64,000 nucleotides of DNA from Octopus sinensis (lineage: Eukaryota), in NCBI RefSeq assembly GCF_006345805.1, contig NC_042997.1, forward strand, positions 47,926,001 through 47,990,000. Reading direction: 5' to 3'. Shown piece after piece: positions 12,673 to 24,400 of this stretch (position 1 is the stretch's first letter; each line of letters opens with the position of its first letter). The notes under the pieces were generated by a model. That model was not told the DNA's origin, did not search any database, and was given only the letters and a program-made list of their open reading frames with translations. Position numbers and translations under genes: made by a program.

Positions 12673-13930
12673 CTCGTAAGGTAATAAAATAGGGCACTCA
12701 GCTCTAGCTTGTGAGATTCCAGGCTACTTTTCAAAATTCTTCAGGTGTTGGAAATCCTGGTTTCCCGACGGTAAAACCGTTTTGTGTGTTTGCCGAAGAG
12801 TATAATGTAATCAGAGAAAGAGAGATTTCAGCACACCATTAATGAGCAATTACAATTGCTTCAAAAGTCCCAAGTAAAAATTTACGTAATATTTGCCGCT
12901 TTCAATGTGTGTGTGTGTGTGTGTCACTTCTTCAGAAGGCGCGCTCTTTTATTGTGAGATGACAGACGTGGTAAAGTTGATTGTTGACAATCAGAAACAA
13001 TACGTTAAATAATTGCTGTGGGAGCCCTCGTTCGGTTTCATATTGAATTATTCTTGGTTTACTGAACCTCGAATAATTCAATCAAGAAATTGAAATTAGC
13101 GCAGGATTTGCTTTTTACGATATACAAAAAAAATAATGTTTTCTTTCCTGTTTGGTTAATGATTCTGAGAGTGAATTTTCGTTGGCATGAATTAGCTAAA
13201 TTTCGCTCGCAGAGTGGATAAGCAATAGATATTAGCGTAAAATTGTAAGTGAATGTATTTTCTTGACGATAATGTAGTTTATTGGGAGAATATTTAATTA
13301 TTATTTTCTGTTGGTACTTGATTTGTTTCGTTGATCTGAGCTGTGAGCAATTTAGGGTCAATAATACCTCTGGTGATAATATAATGAGTCCGTCTAATTC
13401 ACAATAGACTTTCTCGAAGAAAATATCAGCATTGCTTCTAAGGAAGACGTCATGCATGAGTATATATATACACACACGTATGCATGCATATATATGGAGG
13501 GATGATAGACGTACATGTGTATATGTGTGCGTTGTGCTTGTGTATGTATACATATGTGTGTGTGTGCAAGTGTGCACGTGTTTATGTGTGTGTGTGCGTG
13601 TGTGCATGATCAATATGTACACTTGGGTGTTGCTTAAAGAGTAAGATGATTATTCGAGATTGCTAGTAATGTTTATACTATAATTTTTCACAGCTATATG
13701 AACGGCAACTATTGTACTAATGATCACTGATATCCGCTAGCATTTTGATGTGATATAGTGTTATCTCCACATCACCGGTGACTCACATAACGACGCTAAG
13801 CTAATGATGAATCCTTAACACTTCGATAAAGGCTTTATCGTTTATCGCTGGCAATATGAAATCTTCTTCTTGCCAATAAATTATCATGAGAAAATGTAGT
13901 TAGGAATCAACATTAAATCGTTTACATACC

Positions 13931-13987
<57 letters not shown>

Positions 13988-13988
13988 C

Positions 13989-14068
<80 letters not shown>

Positions 14069-14084
14069 CAACATCAATATTAGC

Positions 14085-14400
14085 AGTTGGGGTGCAGTTG
14101 CCAGCAACAGTGGAGATTGGTGACGTACCGTAAAAGAGGGAATACAAAGGAATGACAGAGAGAGAGAGAGGAAAAATGGAAAGACAAGAAAAGACGTCAA
14201 CAAGAGACTATGGCATTACAACCAGCCAGGAACAGTCTTCGCTACATTTGCGGTACCTGCCAGAGGGGGTGTTTGTCCAGGATAGGACTACACAGCCACA
14301 GCAGGAAATGTATCAGGGCATGAAATGTAAAAGCCAGACTGGACTATTTTATGCGCAACTCCATTGTCTCCCGAGACAAAAAGGATGCCAACATATATGT
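14085..14400 (+). mobile_element. RTE-clade LINE 3' end
   Basis: Translation CNINISSWGAVAS...YICGTCQRGCLSRIGLHSHSRKC matches the C-terminal zinc-finger-like motif of RTE ORFs. Confidence 0.7.
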
Positions 14401-14419
14401 GGTTAGGATGCCAACATAT

Positions 14420-14745
14420 CAGTGGTTAGAGCGTCGAGCTTACGATCGTGAGGTTGTGAGCTCGAATCCCGGACCAGGCTGCGTGTTGTGTTCTTGAGCA
14501 AGACACTTTATTTCACGTTGCTCCAGTTCACTCAGCTGTAGAAATGTGTTGCGACGTCACAGGTGCCAGGCTGTATCGGCCCTTGCCTTTCCCTTGGACA
14601 ACATCGGTGACGTGGAGAGGGGAGGCCGGTATGCATGGGCGACTGCTGGTCTTCCATAAAATAACCTTGCCCAGACTTGTGCCTCAGAGGGTAACTCTCT
14701 AGGTGCAAACCCATGGTCAGTGTCTGACCGAAGGGGGTCACCATC
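14420..14745 (+). mobile_element. tRNA-derived SINE (family B, CORE-like)
   Basis: agtggttagagcg...tcgaatccc head, then ttgagcaagacactttatttcac...ccagttcactcagctg; near-identical in reverse to 60700-60975. Confidence 0.85.
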
Positions 14746-15050
14746 ACCATATATATTCATTTTATGATAACATGTTTGGCCATTGATATATTTATAAATA
14801 ATCTTAATTACTCATAATATATCCTTCGTACTGCTTTTACATTACTTTCTACTTATTTCAATTTTCCTAACTCATATCTGGTGATTTTGACGTGGCTCGA
14901 GATTACCAATCTTTGTACACAAGCGCTGTGCAAGGCATATGAATTTAAAACTTGATTGTGTTGATAGAAGTAGAAACATTTCTATTGCTAGCCGGGATTC
15001 AAGCTAACCGCAATGTAAAGTCTTGTTTTGATTTGTATCTATAGGAATAT

Positions 15051-15112
15051 TTCCCCTGACGAGGCGAATGGGTCCCTTAAGTTGTCCCTAACGCCGAAAT
15101 TGCAATGGGGAA
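15051..15112 (+). ncRNA. Minimal type-I hammerhead ribozyme, cleavage triplet AUG (probably inactive)
   Basis: ttccc-CTGACGA-ggcg...cgcc-GAAA-ttgcaa-TG-gggaa. Stem I 5 bp, stem II 4 bp, palindromic stem III ATTGCAAT. Confidence 0.75.
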
Positions 15113-15370
15113 TTAACCAATTATTTTCAAGTTGTGGATTCTATTTGCCATGTCGCCTGAAGACAGTTTTTATCGGAGGAGGAATAATATGATTGATATG
15201 ATGGCGTTGTAGCGGTTTTGGCGGCTGTTTTTAACATGTAAGAGTTTTAACCGTCTTAGTTATAATTGTGGCTTGTTCACAATTATAAACGTCATTTCTT
15301 CTTTATATTTTATGATAAGAGGTTTGGTCATTGATATATTCATAAATAATCTTAATTATTTATAATATAC

Positions 15371-15516
15371 ATTATTTACATTTGACGGATTATTTGTCCT
15401 CATCTTGTTTGTTTTTAACAGAAAGTTTCGGCTGATATGCTCTCCAGCCTTCATCAGGTATCTTGGGGAATTTCGAACCTGGGTTCTCATTCCTAAGGTA
15501 TATTTCGATGTTGTTG

Positions 15517-15555
<39 letters not shown>

Positions 15556-15628
15556 TATTATTATATTATTATTATTATAATATTATTATTATTTATTATT
15601 ATTATATTATTATTATTATTATTATTAA

Positions 15629-15684
<56 letters not shown>

Positions 15685-15745
15685 GTAGTAGTAGTAGTTG
15701 TAGTATCATTTATTATTATTATTGTTATTGTTGTTGTTGTTGTTA

Positions 15746-15797
<52 letters not shown>

Positions 15798-15957
15798 CAT
15801 TATTATTATTATTATCATTATTATTATTATTCAGATGAACTCTGGGGGTGTATCAGCCGAAACGTTGTATTAAAAACAAAGAAGATGAGGACAAATATCC
15901 GTCAAATGTAAATGATGTAAATAACGTGCATAATTCCATATCTCTTAAATATAGAAC
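15371..15957. mobile_element. Inverted pair of hammerhead-bearing repeat ends around an (ATT)n microsatellite
   Basis: 15371-15457 is approximately the reverse complement of 15832-15916. Minus copy: atac-CTGATGA-a-ggctg..cagcc-GAAA-ct-TT. Plus copy: CAGATGA...cagcc-GAAA-cg-TT-gtat. Confidence 0.75.
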
Positions 15958-16116
15958 TTTATTTATGATATATCCTTCCTAATGTTTTTACATTACTCTC
16001 TACTTATATATGTGTGTGTGTTTGTGTGTGTGCGTGTGTGTGTGCGTGTGTGTGTCGATCTTTCTATCTATATACATATATTCATATATATATTTATACA
16101 CACACATTTATATATA

Positions 16117-16303
16117 TGGCTAGGGTGTCAGCATCGTGGTCGTAAGATTGTGGTTTCGATTCCTGGACCGGGCGACGCGTTGTGTTCTTGAGCAAAACAC
16201 TTCATTTCACGTTACTCCAGTCCACTCAGCTGGCAAAAATGAGTAACGCTGCGATGGACTGGCGTCCCGTCCAGCTGGGGAGCACATATGCCATTGAAAC
16301 CGG
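16117..16303 (+). mobile_element. tRNA-derived SINE (family B)
   Basis: ggtttcgattcctggaccgggcgacgcgttgtgttcttgagcaaaacacttcatttcacg; homologous to 59560-59810 (minus). Confidence 0.8.
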
Positions 16304-16479
16304 TATATATATACATGCATATATATATATATGTGTGTGTGTGTGCTCATCATCAGGCTTCTCCACAACACCACTGAGCTGCTCTCCACAAACAAATGGA
16401 ACGTCATCCAGTGCAGTGGGATTTCAGAGGTGCTGTTGCACCAACTTGACTGGTAACGTGTGTTATGTTCCTTTTTCTT

Positions 16480-16545
<66 letters not shown>

Positions 16546-17049
16546 GAAAGCACAAGCAAAGCGACTTTTGTGTAAGAGATTAATAATGAGATACTTTTTT
16601 TCGGAATCATCTGCGGAAACAGTAAAATAAGAAAAATCCCGTTCTAGTTTTACAAATAGGTTTTCTGGTTGCTCGTTGTTCCACCTATTTAATTTGAGTA
16701 TAAAAAAGGTTCTCTTGGGAGGTATTTAATCAGAATTATTATAAGTTGTGATTCAAATTTGCGCAGAAATGGCAGGAAGTCACGCGTTAACAATAAATTT
16801 AAGAAATATGCTTTCAAATTATTTTCAAGCGAAAACAAAGTATGTTATATAAGAATGATAGAAAAGTGATCAAACTGACAAAGTTTGAGTTTAGCCCTTG
16901 TAGTTGTAACGCACACAAACTTGCGCGTGCGCACAGAGCAATACTGTTGAAAATCCTAAAGGAAATTATAGAAAGAGTAACAGTTCAAGCAGCCACGACT
17001 ACTTCGGAAAATGTGACATTTCATATGCTGCAAACCGACACGAGACAGT

Positions 17050-17450
17050 AAATGGAAAAACTGAGATGTTTGTTTATTTGTCACAAAAATTTACCAGGAA
17101 ATGGCAACGAGCAAAGCGATGTAGATCTATCGGAGGTGGTTTCTATAAGAACTTGTAAAAGTGTTAGAAAGATCCCTAGCCAACACGCAGCAGATTGTGT
17201 ACGCCAGTTACCGATTCAGAGTACGCGGAAGTGTATGTTTGGTTCAAGATCCAGAACCAGCTATGAAGATAAAAAATCTCGGGTGAGTGTTGCAGTACAC
17301 AGGTCATAAGGATATGGATATATCATTGGAAAATGTAATAAACCTTGTATTGGCAGCTTTGTACAACAGCAAATACAACCATGTTGCCAGCAGCAATATG
17401 TACGCTACATGAGGAAGTGAATTTGAATTAGCTTCAGCAAAAAGTGAAGC
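17050..17450 (+). mobile_element. Possible decayed DNA transposon ORF fragment
   Basis: Frameshifted peptides RVR..C.VQDPE..MKI, DM..LE..K...C and LAALYN resemble, from memory, the 'DxIAxEAKYHxxCLxxLYN' region of uncharacterised CXC-domain transposon proteins. Confidence 0.3.
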
Positions 17451-18265
17451 TGTATTTTTGAATTTCTATACTGTTAATCATAACATTTTTCATTCTTTCC
17501 CACTTACATTCTTTACTTTCCTTGCATATATTAATTAATGATTTAATTAATTAGGCCAACAAAAATTTTCCAGGCAGATTATTATTTTTTTTAAAGTTAA
17601 TTACATAATTGCGTTAATTGATACACATATATCTACAAAGTTAAAGATTTTAAGGAATGTCTTACGCATGGATAAATCTCGATTCAATTATCAAATTATA
17701 CGTCGGTAAATCCCTTATTGTAAGAATAGTTAAATAGAATTTCAATAAAGGCTTCATAAAAAGCAGCATATCAAGAAACAAATAATGAATAAAAGTGGAA
17801 CAATTTAACAGATCAATGATCATGACTAAACAAGCTCAACTAATTCGTAGAATAATTTGCTTTTATTTAAGCAATCCACTATACAAATGTCAAAATATTA
17901 AAAAAAAATGAACAAGTTTTAAAAATAGGAAATCAAAAAGAAACTTCAAGCGTAGGATTATTGGGAAAGAAATCTGTTTATTTAAATGTTTAAGCACATC
18001 AAAGAAATCTCAATGTAAAATATTGCTCTTTAACAAATGTTGCATAATAATTAAATTTAACAACAAATTCCAAAGTAGTTCATACATATATGAGTGAATC
18101 CACGACCTATTTTCATGCGCACACATACATTAATTAGTAGCATACATTACAAGCACCACTTTTTAATTTCTTGTGCAATGTATATGTATATGTGTATATT
18201 TATGTATATATAAAGAGAGAGAGAAATACATGGCTGAATAGATATATATACACATATACATATAC

Positions 18266-18325
<60 letters not shown>

Positions 18326-18429
18326 GCCTTTGTGTGTGAATGTATATATTGACCATATGGACGGGTAGGATAAAGTCCCTTGTGTGAGTGTATATACGAG
18401 CGGCTGTGTGTGCAAATGTGTGTATACGC

Positions 18430-19250
18430 GTCCCGACCTCAGCTAACAAGCTAAACAAGCTTTTGCCCCTAGACATTCAAAGAGTAAGGCTTCCCCGCCA
18501 GTACGACCTGAGAGCGTGGCCGCAGCGGAGGGGTCATCTAACCAGAGACGCCGTTTATTATAGTGGTCGGGGCCACTCACCCCGAAACTACGCGCTGATC
18601 AGGATGCTCTGGTTTTTGCAGTTGGCAGCGCCTCCGCCGATTTTCTGCGAAACTTCGAGAGATCGAGCGAAGGAACAAGCAGGGCACCGATTTTCGTGGA
18701 CGAAACCACGCGTCCAGAGGGTGAATCCATCTGCCTACGGGATCGGTCGCAGACCCCTCGATGCACGGATCGTAACCTCACCTAAACGCCCGGTGTTTTC
18801 GAATGGCCGGTGCCACCTGGAACCAGAGGCTGCGCGCTAGCCGGATCCATCTAACCATCCCCGGGTGCGGCTATAATTGGGGTGATGCAGTATTGGGCCC
18901 CTAACAGGGGATCGCCGCATGCCCACATATTAACACCCGTCCACCTCAGGTGAGGTGAGGGTCTACGTACAATTGCGGGACCTCCAGCTTTCGTGGTTAA
19001 CCACGCGTCCAGGGGGAACGCCTTCGCGCTACTCTGTATTGACAGACGCCACGACAACGACCTTACCTAAACCCTTGGTGTAAATGGATGGAGCGGTGCC
19101 ACCGGGGCCGCCAGGAAGTCGTACTGTCCCGGGATCGACGCCGGTGCGGATCCACGGCAACGAGTTGCAGGCCGGTGCCAAGTTGGTCGGCTCGCACCCG
19201 AGGGCAGTCCCGACTGTGACTTATCCCACCGGGTGAGCGTCGTTTGGGAT
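18430..19250. repeat. GC/CpG-rich segment with diverged ~300-bp internal direct repeat; identity unknown
   Basis: aaccacgcgtccag at 18704 and 18999; acctYacctaaac at 18775 and 19060; cggtgccacc near 18808 and 19094; catctaacca at 18535 and 18848. Confidence 0.6.
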
Positions 19251-19875
19251 TTAAATGGCATAATTTGTATATACAGTTATGTTGAAGTAGGTCATGCAAG
19301 AAAGTGCAGCATTGACGGCAAAACATTTGTGGAGTAAATGAGAGTCTAATTTGACTAAGCGATATGTAATACGTCTGTTTGGAGGATTCCAAGAACTAAC
19401 TTACCATGGAAAATTGGGAGTGGGAAGGATATGTAATTTTTAAGCCCACCGAAAAGCTGTCAGTGGATATACTCGCCTTTGAGGCGGTCGACACTGCGTC
19501 TAACAAGTCCCATGGTATGGATCACAGTCAAATGAATGGAGGTATAATGGACATATTGTACGTAAATGGGCTGCAATGGCAGACAGCAACGGAGAAGTGA
19601 ACTGTTGAAATTCTGCAGAAGGCGAAGGGTTGACATTGAATTGCTGGTGTGACTGTAGAATCAGAAACATAAAGTGAGCTTATGCAGTTACATGAGAATA
19701 TATAGTAATGAATTACTTGAAAAAATGAAGTATAATGGCTTCCAGCGTAGCGCGTATATTGTATGTCTGCATTTTTGTATGCAGTGTAAATTAAACACAC
19801 TATATGTATGTGATGGCTGCTCAGTGCCCATACGAATTAAAACAATAGAAAATTTCATAGAGATAATCTTTCTAT

Positions 19876-20553
19876 CACATTTTGTATATGGCTATATAAG
19901 TGTATGACTGTGTATATGTCTCATGGTGTATGTGTCTTTCCACGTTATGTACGTTATTAAACAAACACACACCTACACATACATATGTAAAGGTACGTTA
20001 CCAAGCATACACATCTACACGTACATATACATATGTGGCGACTGAGGTTTGTGTGTAACTGTACGTGCGTATATACATCTCATAGAGTGTGGGTCTTTTC
20101 GCGTTATGTACGTTATTAAACATACACACATCTACAGATGCATATACATATGTAACGGTACGTTATCAAACACACACATCCAAACATACATATGTGACGT
20201 TTGACAATAACGATGACGTCACATTTTGTATATGACAGTGTATCTCTCAGTAAATGTATGTGTGTGAGTATACGAGTGTGTATAGGTTTCACAGTGTGTG
20301 TCTTTCTGCGTTATGCGTCTCTGATGAGAACCCAATCAGGTCCGAAAATCGATTAAGGTCGTTCATCATCTTTTGAGTCTGCGGAGAAATGGCTAAAATT
20401 TGCCCTGTTTATAATCATGCCATATGTTACATTTAATAACCTACCTAACGCAGAATGACACACACACACACTGTGAGACATATACACACTTATACACTCA
20501 CGCACACACATTCACAGACAGATACAAAGCCATATACAAAACGTGATGTCGTC
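19876..20553. repeat. Diverged ~170-bp tandem array plus one inverted copy enclosing a hammerhead
   Basis: Unit motifs cacattttgtatatg (19876, 20220) and cgttatgtacgttattaaac (two copies); 20212-20313 is the diverged reverse complement of 20446-20553. Confidence 0.75.
20316..20359 (+). ncRNA. Minimal type-I hammerhead ribozyme (slightly degenerate)
   Basis: gtct-CTGATGA-gaacc caatca ggtcc-GAAA-atcgat-TA-aggt. Palindromic stem III AATCGATT, UUA triplet, one mismatch in stem II, weak stem I. Confidence 0.7.
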
Positions 20554-20944
20554 GTCATCAGAATTATAAATAAGAGTAGAATTAAAAAGAAAAATTAGAA
20601 TTAAAAGTAAAAGTTAAACAATATATCACATTACAATATAGATCCTATTCTTTCACTTTTGACATGTAATACGGAACCAGTGTCAATGTTGCATTGCTTT
20701 AATCCAAAGAAATTACATGCTGACACTCAAGGGGTATCAATAAGAAAAATTTGATTTGATTCAGTTGCGCCGCTTTAGAGTGAATTGGAAACAGACCGAG
20801 AGACAAAAGCATTATATATATATGAGATAGATAGATAATAATTGAAATTTGTTGCAATGTTTCCGTCACTAACATGGCAGGCATATAGCTATATGCCATC
20901 TAAAACTCAAGATTTTTAGTAAGACATAATTTTATGTGTGGATG

Positions 20945-21043
20945 TACCTGATGGGACCCACACTGCAAAATGTATGTAGCACATGTTGATCGGAGACCCA
21001 CCCATAAGGGACAGTAGCAGGATGGGTGGAAACGGCCGTTGTA
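20945..21043 (+). ncRNA. Degenerate hammerhead ribozyme with long loop 2
   Basis: tac-CTGATGG-gaccca...tgggtg-GAAA-cggccg-TT-gta. A9->G, 10.1-11.1 mismatch, palindromic stem III ACGGCCGT. Confidence 0.5.
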
Positions 21044-21094
21044 GGAAATAGAGATTCATATCAATCCACCTTCTGGTTACTTAAGAAATTATTA

Positions 21095-21638
21095 TTATTA
21101 TTGAGTGAGAGAGCAGTGCATGCCATCAAATGACACTGGGGTAAAATATACGAAGCCCAATATACCCATCATGACTACCTGTCTGATAAGGGTACACCAG
21201 GCACATGCATCACAACCATATGTGCGCGACATGGTGATCTCATATCAAGATAAACAGCACATGACCTTGCAGGTGGGGCCCAGTTAGAATTTTCTTCAGG
21301 TTGAGTAACCCATCTCGCTCAAAAGGTCCCTGAATAAGGATTGTTTAAGGATGTTGAACGAAACACCCATGTTTCAAGAGGTGAATTATTCAAACCCCAA
21401 AGAATATCTCTCAACACATGGCCATTATGCTCCCCCACTACTTCTGCTCGTGATCAGAGATGCACATATTGTCAGCCACTAAGGGACATGCTCAACGGGT
21501 TACGGTCAAACAACTGACAAGCAAATCTGTGGTATTGAGCAGAATATTTGCTGTAGCCCATCTTTTATACAAAGACAAAGCAATGTACGTGATAACACTT
21601 CCAATCAGTTAAGATCAGAAGACACGAGAGCCACTGCA
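21095..21638 (-). mobile_element. ~540-bp non-coding interspersed repeat associated with (TAA)n (family D)
   Basis: Reverse complement aligns by eye over its whole length with 53533-54085; (TTA)n abuts the left end. Confidence 0.85.
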
Positions 21639-21841
21639 TCATCATCATCATCATCATCATCTGCTGCAGCAGCAGCAGCATCTCCTCAACTAATACAGCA
21701 GAGTTTCTGAAGTAGATCCAACGGAAATATACTCCGACTGCGGATGACACCAGATAGCAGAAACTGTGCCAGTGCACTACGCAACACTTCAGCACACTAA
21801 TGGACATATTCAACATACACCATTAGTACAAAGTATTAAAC

Positions 21842-21881
<40 letters not shown>

Positions 21882-21942
21882 TTCTCTCTCTCTCTTAACA
21901 CACACATATATATATATATAGAGAGAGAGAGAGGCAGAGAGG

Positions 21943-21988
<46 letters not shown>

Positions 21989-22149
21989 TGTGCATCTATG
22001 TATGTATGCATACGGATATCGGTACAAAATTGTGTGTGTGTGTGTGTGTGTGTGTGTGCTCGTACGCGTTTATATGTGTATGTAGGTGTGTATAGTTGCA
22101 TGCAAATATGCCCAGAGGTGAAAAATCAATGAAATATGTTACTTCACTC

Positions 22150-24400
22150 ATCTAACTAGACTGGAAATGTCGGCTTTTAAATAACTGGTCGAAGGCCAGA
22201 AATATTTGGCGATCAGAAATATAAATCTATTGTTCAAGTTTTCACACCTAAATGTAAATGCTATCATTGGGTCAATTTCAGCTTTAAATTTGCTGCTTGG
22301 TCTTACTTATAACTAATGTTTGAATAAGTACAGACGCGATGCCGGAACGGCAAATAGTCTTATGCTTGAAGAATATCTATATCTACGTTGACGAGTAGAT
22401 ATAACGTCTGTTTTTATAGATTACCAATTCTGTTTGATTACAATTTCTCCAGGTACAACATCTTATTGCTTATAAGGCCTACAGTCATGCAAGTCTCCAC
22501 TGATGTTTTCACTGAGAATATGTAAAGTATTTTTAGTGTATTTAACCACATAAAATTTATTAAAATCTCACGCTTCGGTACAGCACTTAAAAATTTTGAC
22601 AAGGCATAGGAGCAGGCAGAAGGAAGATGATTTTAAAATTATGTCGCTGAGGGCTGCGAGCTGGCAGAATCGTTAGCACGCCGGACGAAATGCTTAGCGG
22701 TATTTCGTCTGCTGTTTCGTTCTGAGTTCAAATTCCACCGAGGTCAACTTTGCCTTCCATCCCTTCGGGGTCGATTAAACAAGTACCAGTTACGCACTGG
22801 AGTCGATATAATCGACTTAATCCGTTTGTCTGTCCTTGTTTGTCCTCTCTGTGTTTAGTGCCTTGTGGGTATTAAAGAAATAGGTATTCGTCTGCCGTTA
22901 CGTTCAAATTCCACCGAGGTCGACGTTGCCTTTCATCCACTCGGGGTCAAAGAAATAAGCACCAGTTGCGCACTGAGGTCGATGTCATCGACTTAACCCC
23001 TTTGTCTGTCCTTGTTTGTCCCCTGTATGTTTAGCCCCCTGTGTGCAATATTGATCGAGATGATAACCATTAGGTATTGTTAAAATTAATCTCTGAATCT
23101 TCATTGATTAAATCCTTCTTGCTGTTGACTTGAAATTGCTGAAGAATCTCTATTACATGAGCATATAATTGTCTTTGAACTTTGGGAATTCTTCCCTCAC
23201 TAACTTGCAAACAGAATGATATGTCAGTCAAGCTTGAGAGGTAGTATCATTATTGCTGATACAGTTTTGCACTCACTTATTAGTGGTGAGATGAAGTACT
23301 TCTCATTCGTGCCAAATTATGGATTTTTTCCAAACATGCTCCAATCAGAGAAGACCTTTGTGCTCTTCGAACCACTGGAAGAATTTGACGAAAATCACCA
23401 CCTAAGATTATCAATTTGCTGCTAAAAATCAGGTCGTTGCTCAATACATTTTTCAGTGTTCGATTCAGCGCTTCAAATAGATAATGATGACACATTGGTG
23501 CCTCGTCCCAAACAATCAAGCGTGCATCATGGAGCAAACGGCCAGTGACATCGAGAGGAGATATTTTGCATGTTGAATTACAGTTTATCGGTATGGAGAG
23601 CTTGAATTGAGAGTGAGTAGTGCGACCTAGCTTCAAAAGAGTCGCAGCAATGCCTCATTATGCTGTCGCAATAACTAGTTGGTTGTTTTTGCGCACATAA
23701 AGCAGTAATTTATTAAGAAGAAAAGTTTTTCCAGTACCTCGGGGTCATCAATAAATATCAAGCCACCTTCACTTCTATCAATTTTCTATTGAATATTTTC
23801 AGAAATGATTCTCTGGTCATTATTTAGCTTATGGATGTTAGCATTGAAAAACTCAGGGATATTTTCAATTTTTATCATACCTGATTTACTGCATATACCA
23901 AAACTGGGATTGTTCACTGTTCCTCCCGTACGCTCTCCAATAAACATCAAAGCATTGCAATTGTAGCAACGCACTTCGACGAGGCCGCTACTATGGCGAG
24001 CAACGTCAACGGGAACCTGTAGAAGTCCACCTATATCATATTGTCGAGCTATATTAAGAGTCAGCCTATCATTGACTTGCCGACGTGTTCTGTGTTATGA
24101 TGCATTTTGTTCTAATATCTGCTCACGTTGTTCTTGTGACAGTTGTGGTCTTGCATCTCTATGCTGAGCAGCATCTAGTTCTATAATTTGCTTTCTTCGC
24201 TTCTGTGACTGCGCTAAACGGAGCTGACGCTGTCTTTTTGTGTTCCATTTACGTTGCTCTTCCTTCCGTTCTTGAGTTTGCTTCTATCTTCGTAATTGCT
24301 GACTCAAACATTTCGCAGTTCTTCTATAATTGGACATTTCCTTTTCTATAGACATAAATCTTAATTAAATATTTATCAATTAAATAGAATAGTATGAAAA
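22150..24400 (-). mobile_element. Internally deleted, decayed Helitron (N-terminal charged region, zinc finger, PIF1 helicase fragment)
   Basis: ATG at 24355 starts an R/Q/E-rich N-terminus; ORF 23786-23974 RCYNCNALMFIGE...C.KSG; frameshifted Walker A IFID.PG.TGKTFLL (~23760-23715); ORF 23280-23636 GRTTHS.FKL...LIVWDEAPM...GGDFRQILPVV; candidate CTAG|T 3' end near 22156. Confidence 0.85.
22650..23050 (+). mobile_element. SINE family A, full copy plus tandem partial second copy, nested in the Helitron
   Basis: gcgagctggcagaatcgttagcacgccgg...gagttcaaattcc...ccttccatcccttcggggtcgat, repeated from ~22885. Confidence 0.85.

Larger units (their letters stand above)
14757..16006 (+). mobile_element. 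Hammerhead-bearing ~550-bp unit with partial tandem second copy (Penelope pseudo-LTR-like), interrupted by a nested insert
   Basis: 14757-14862 recurs at ~15307-15370 and resumes at ~15962-16006; the unit contains the hammerhead at 15051-15112. Confidence 0.65.

Noticed and set aside
12720-12750. Minus-strand CTGAAGA...GAAA; similar strings near 33968, 35554, 52515 and 56468
   Set aside because: No stem II and/or no stems I and III.
18579-18606. cacccGAAActacgcgCTGATCAggatg, a permuted hammerhead-like string
   Set aside because: G8 is C, and stems I and III are too short to form; likely chance.
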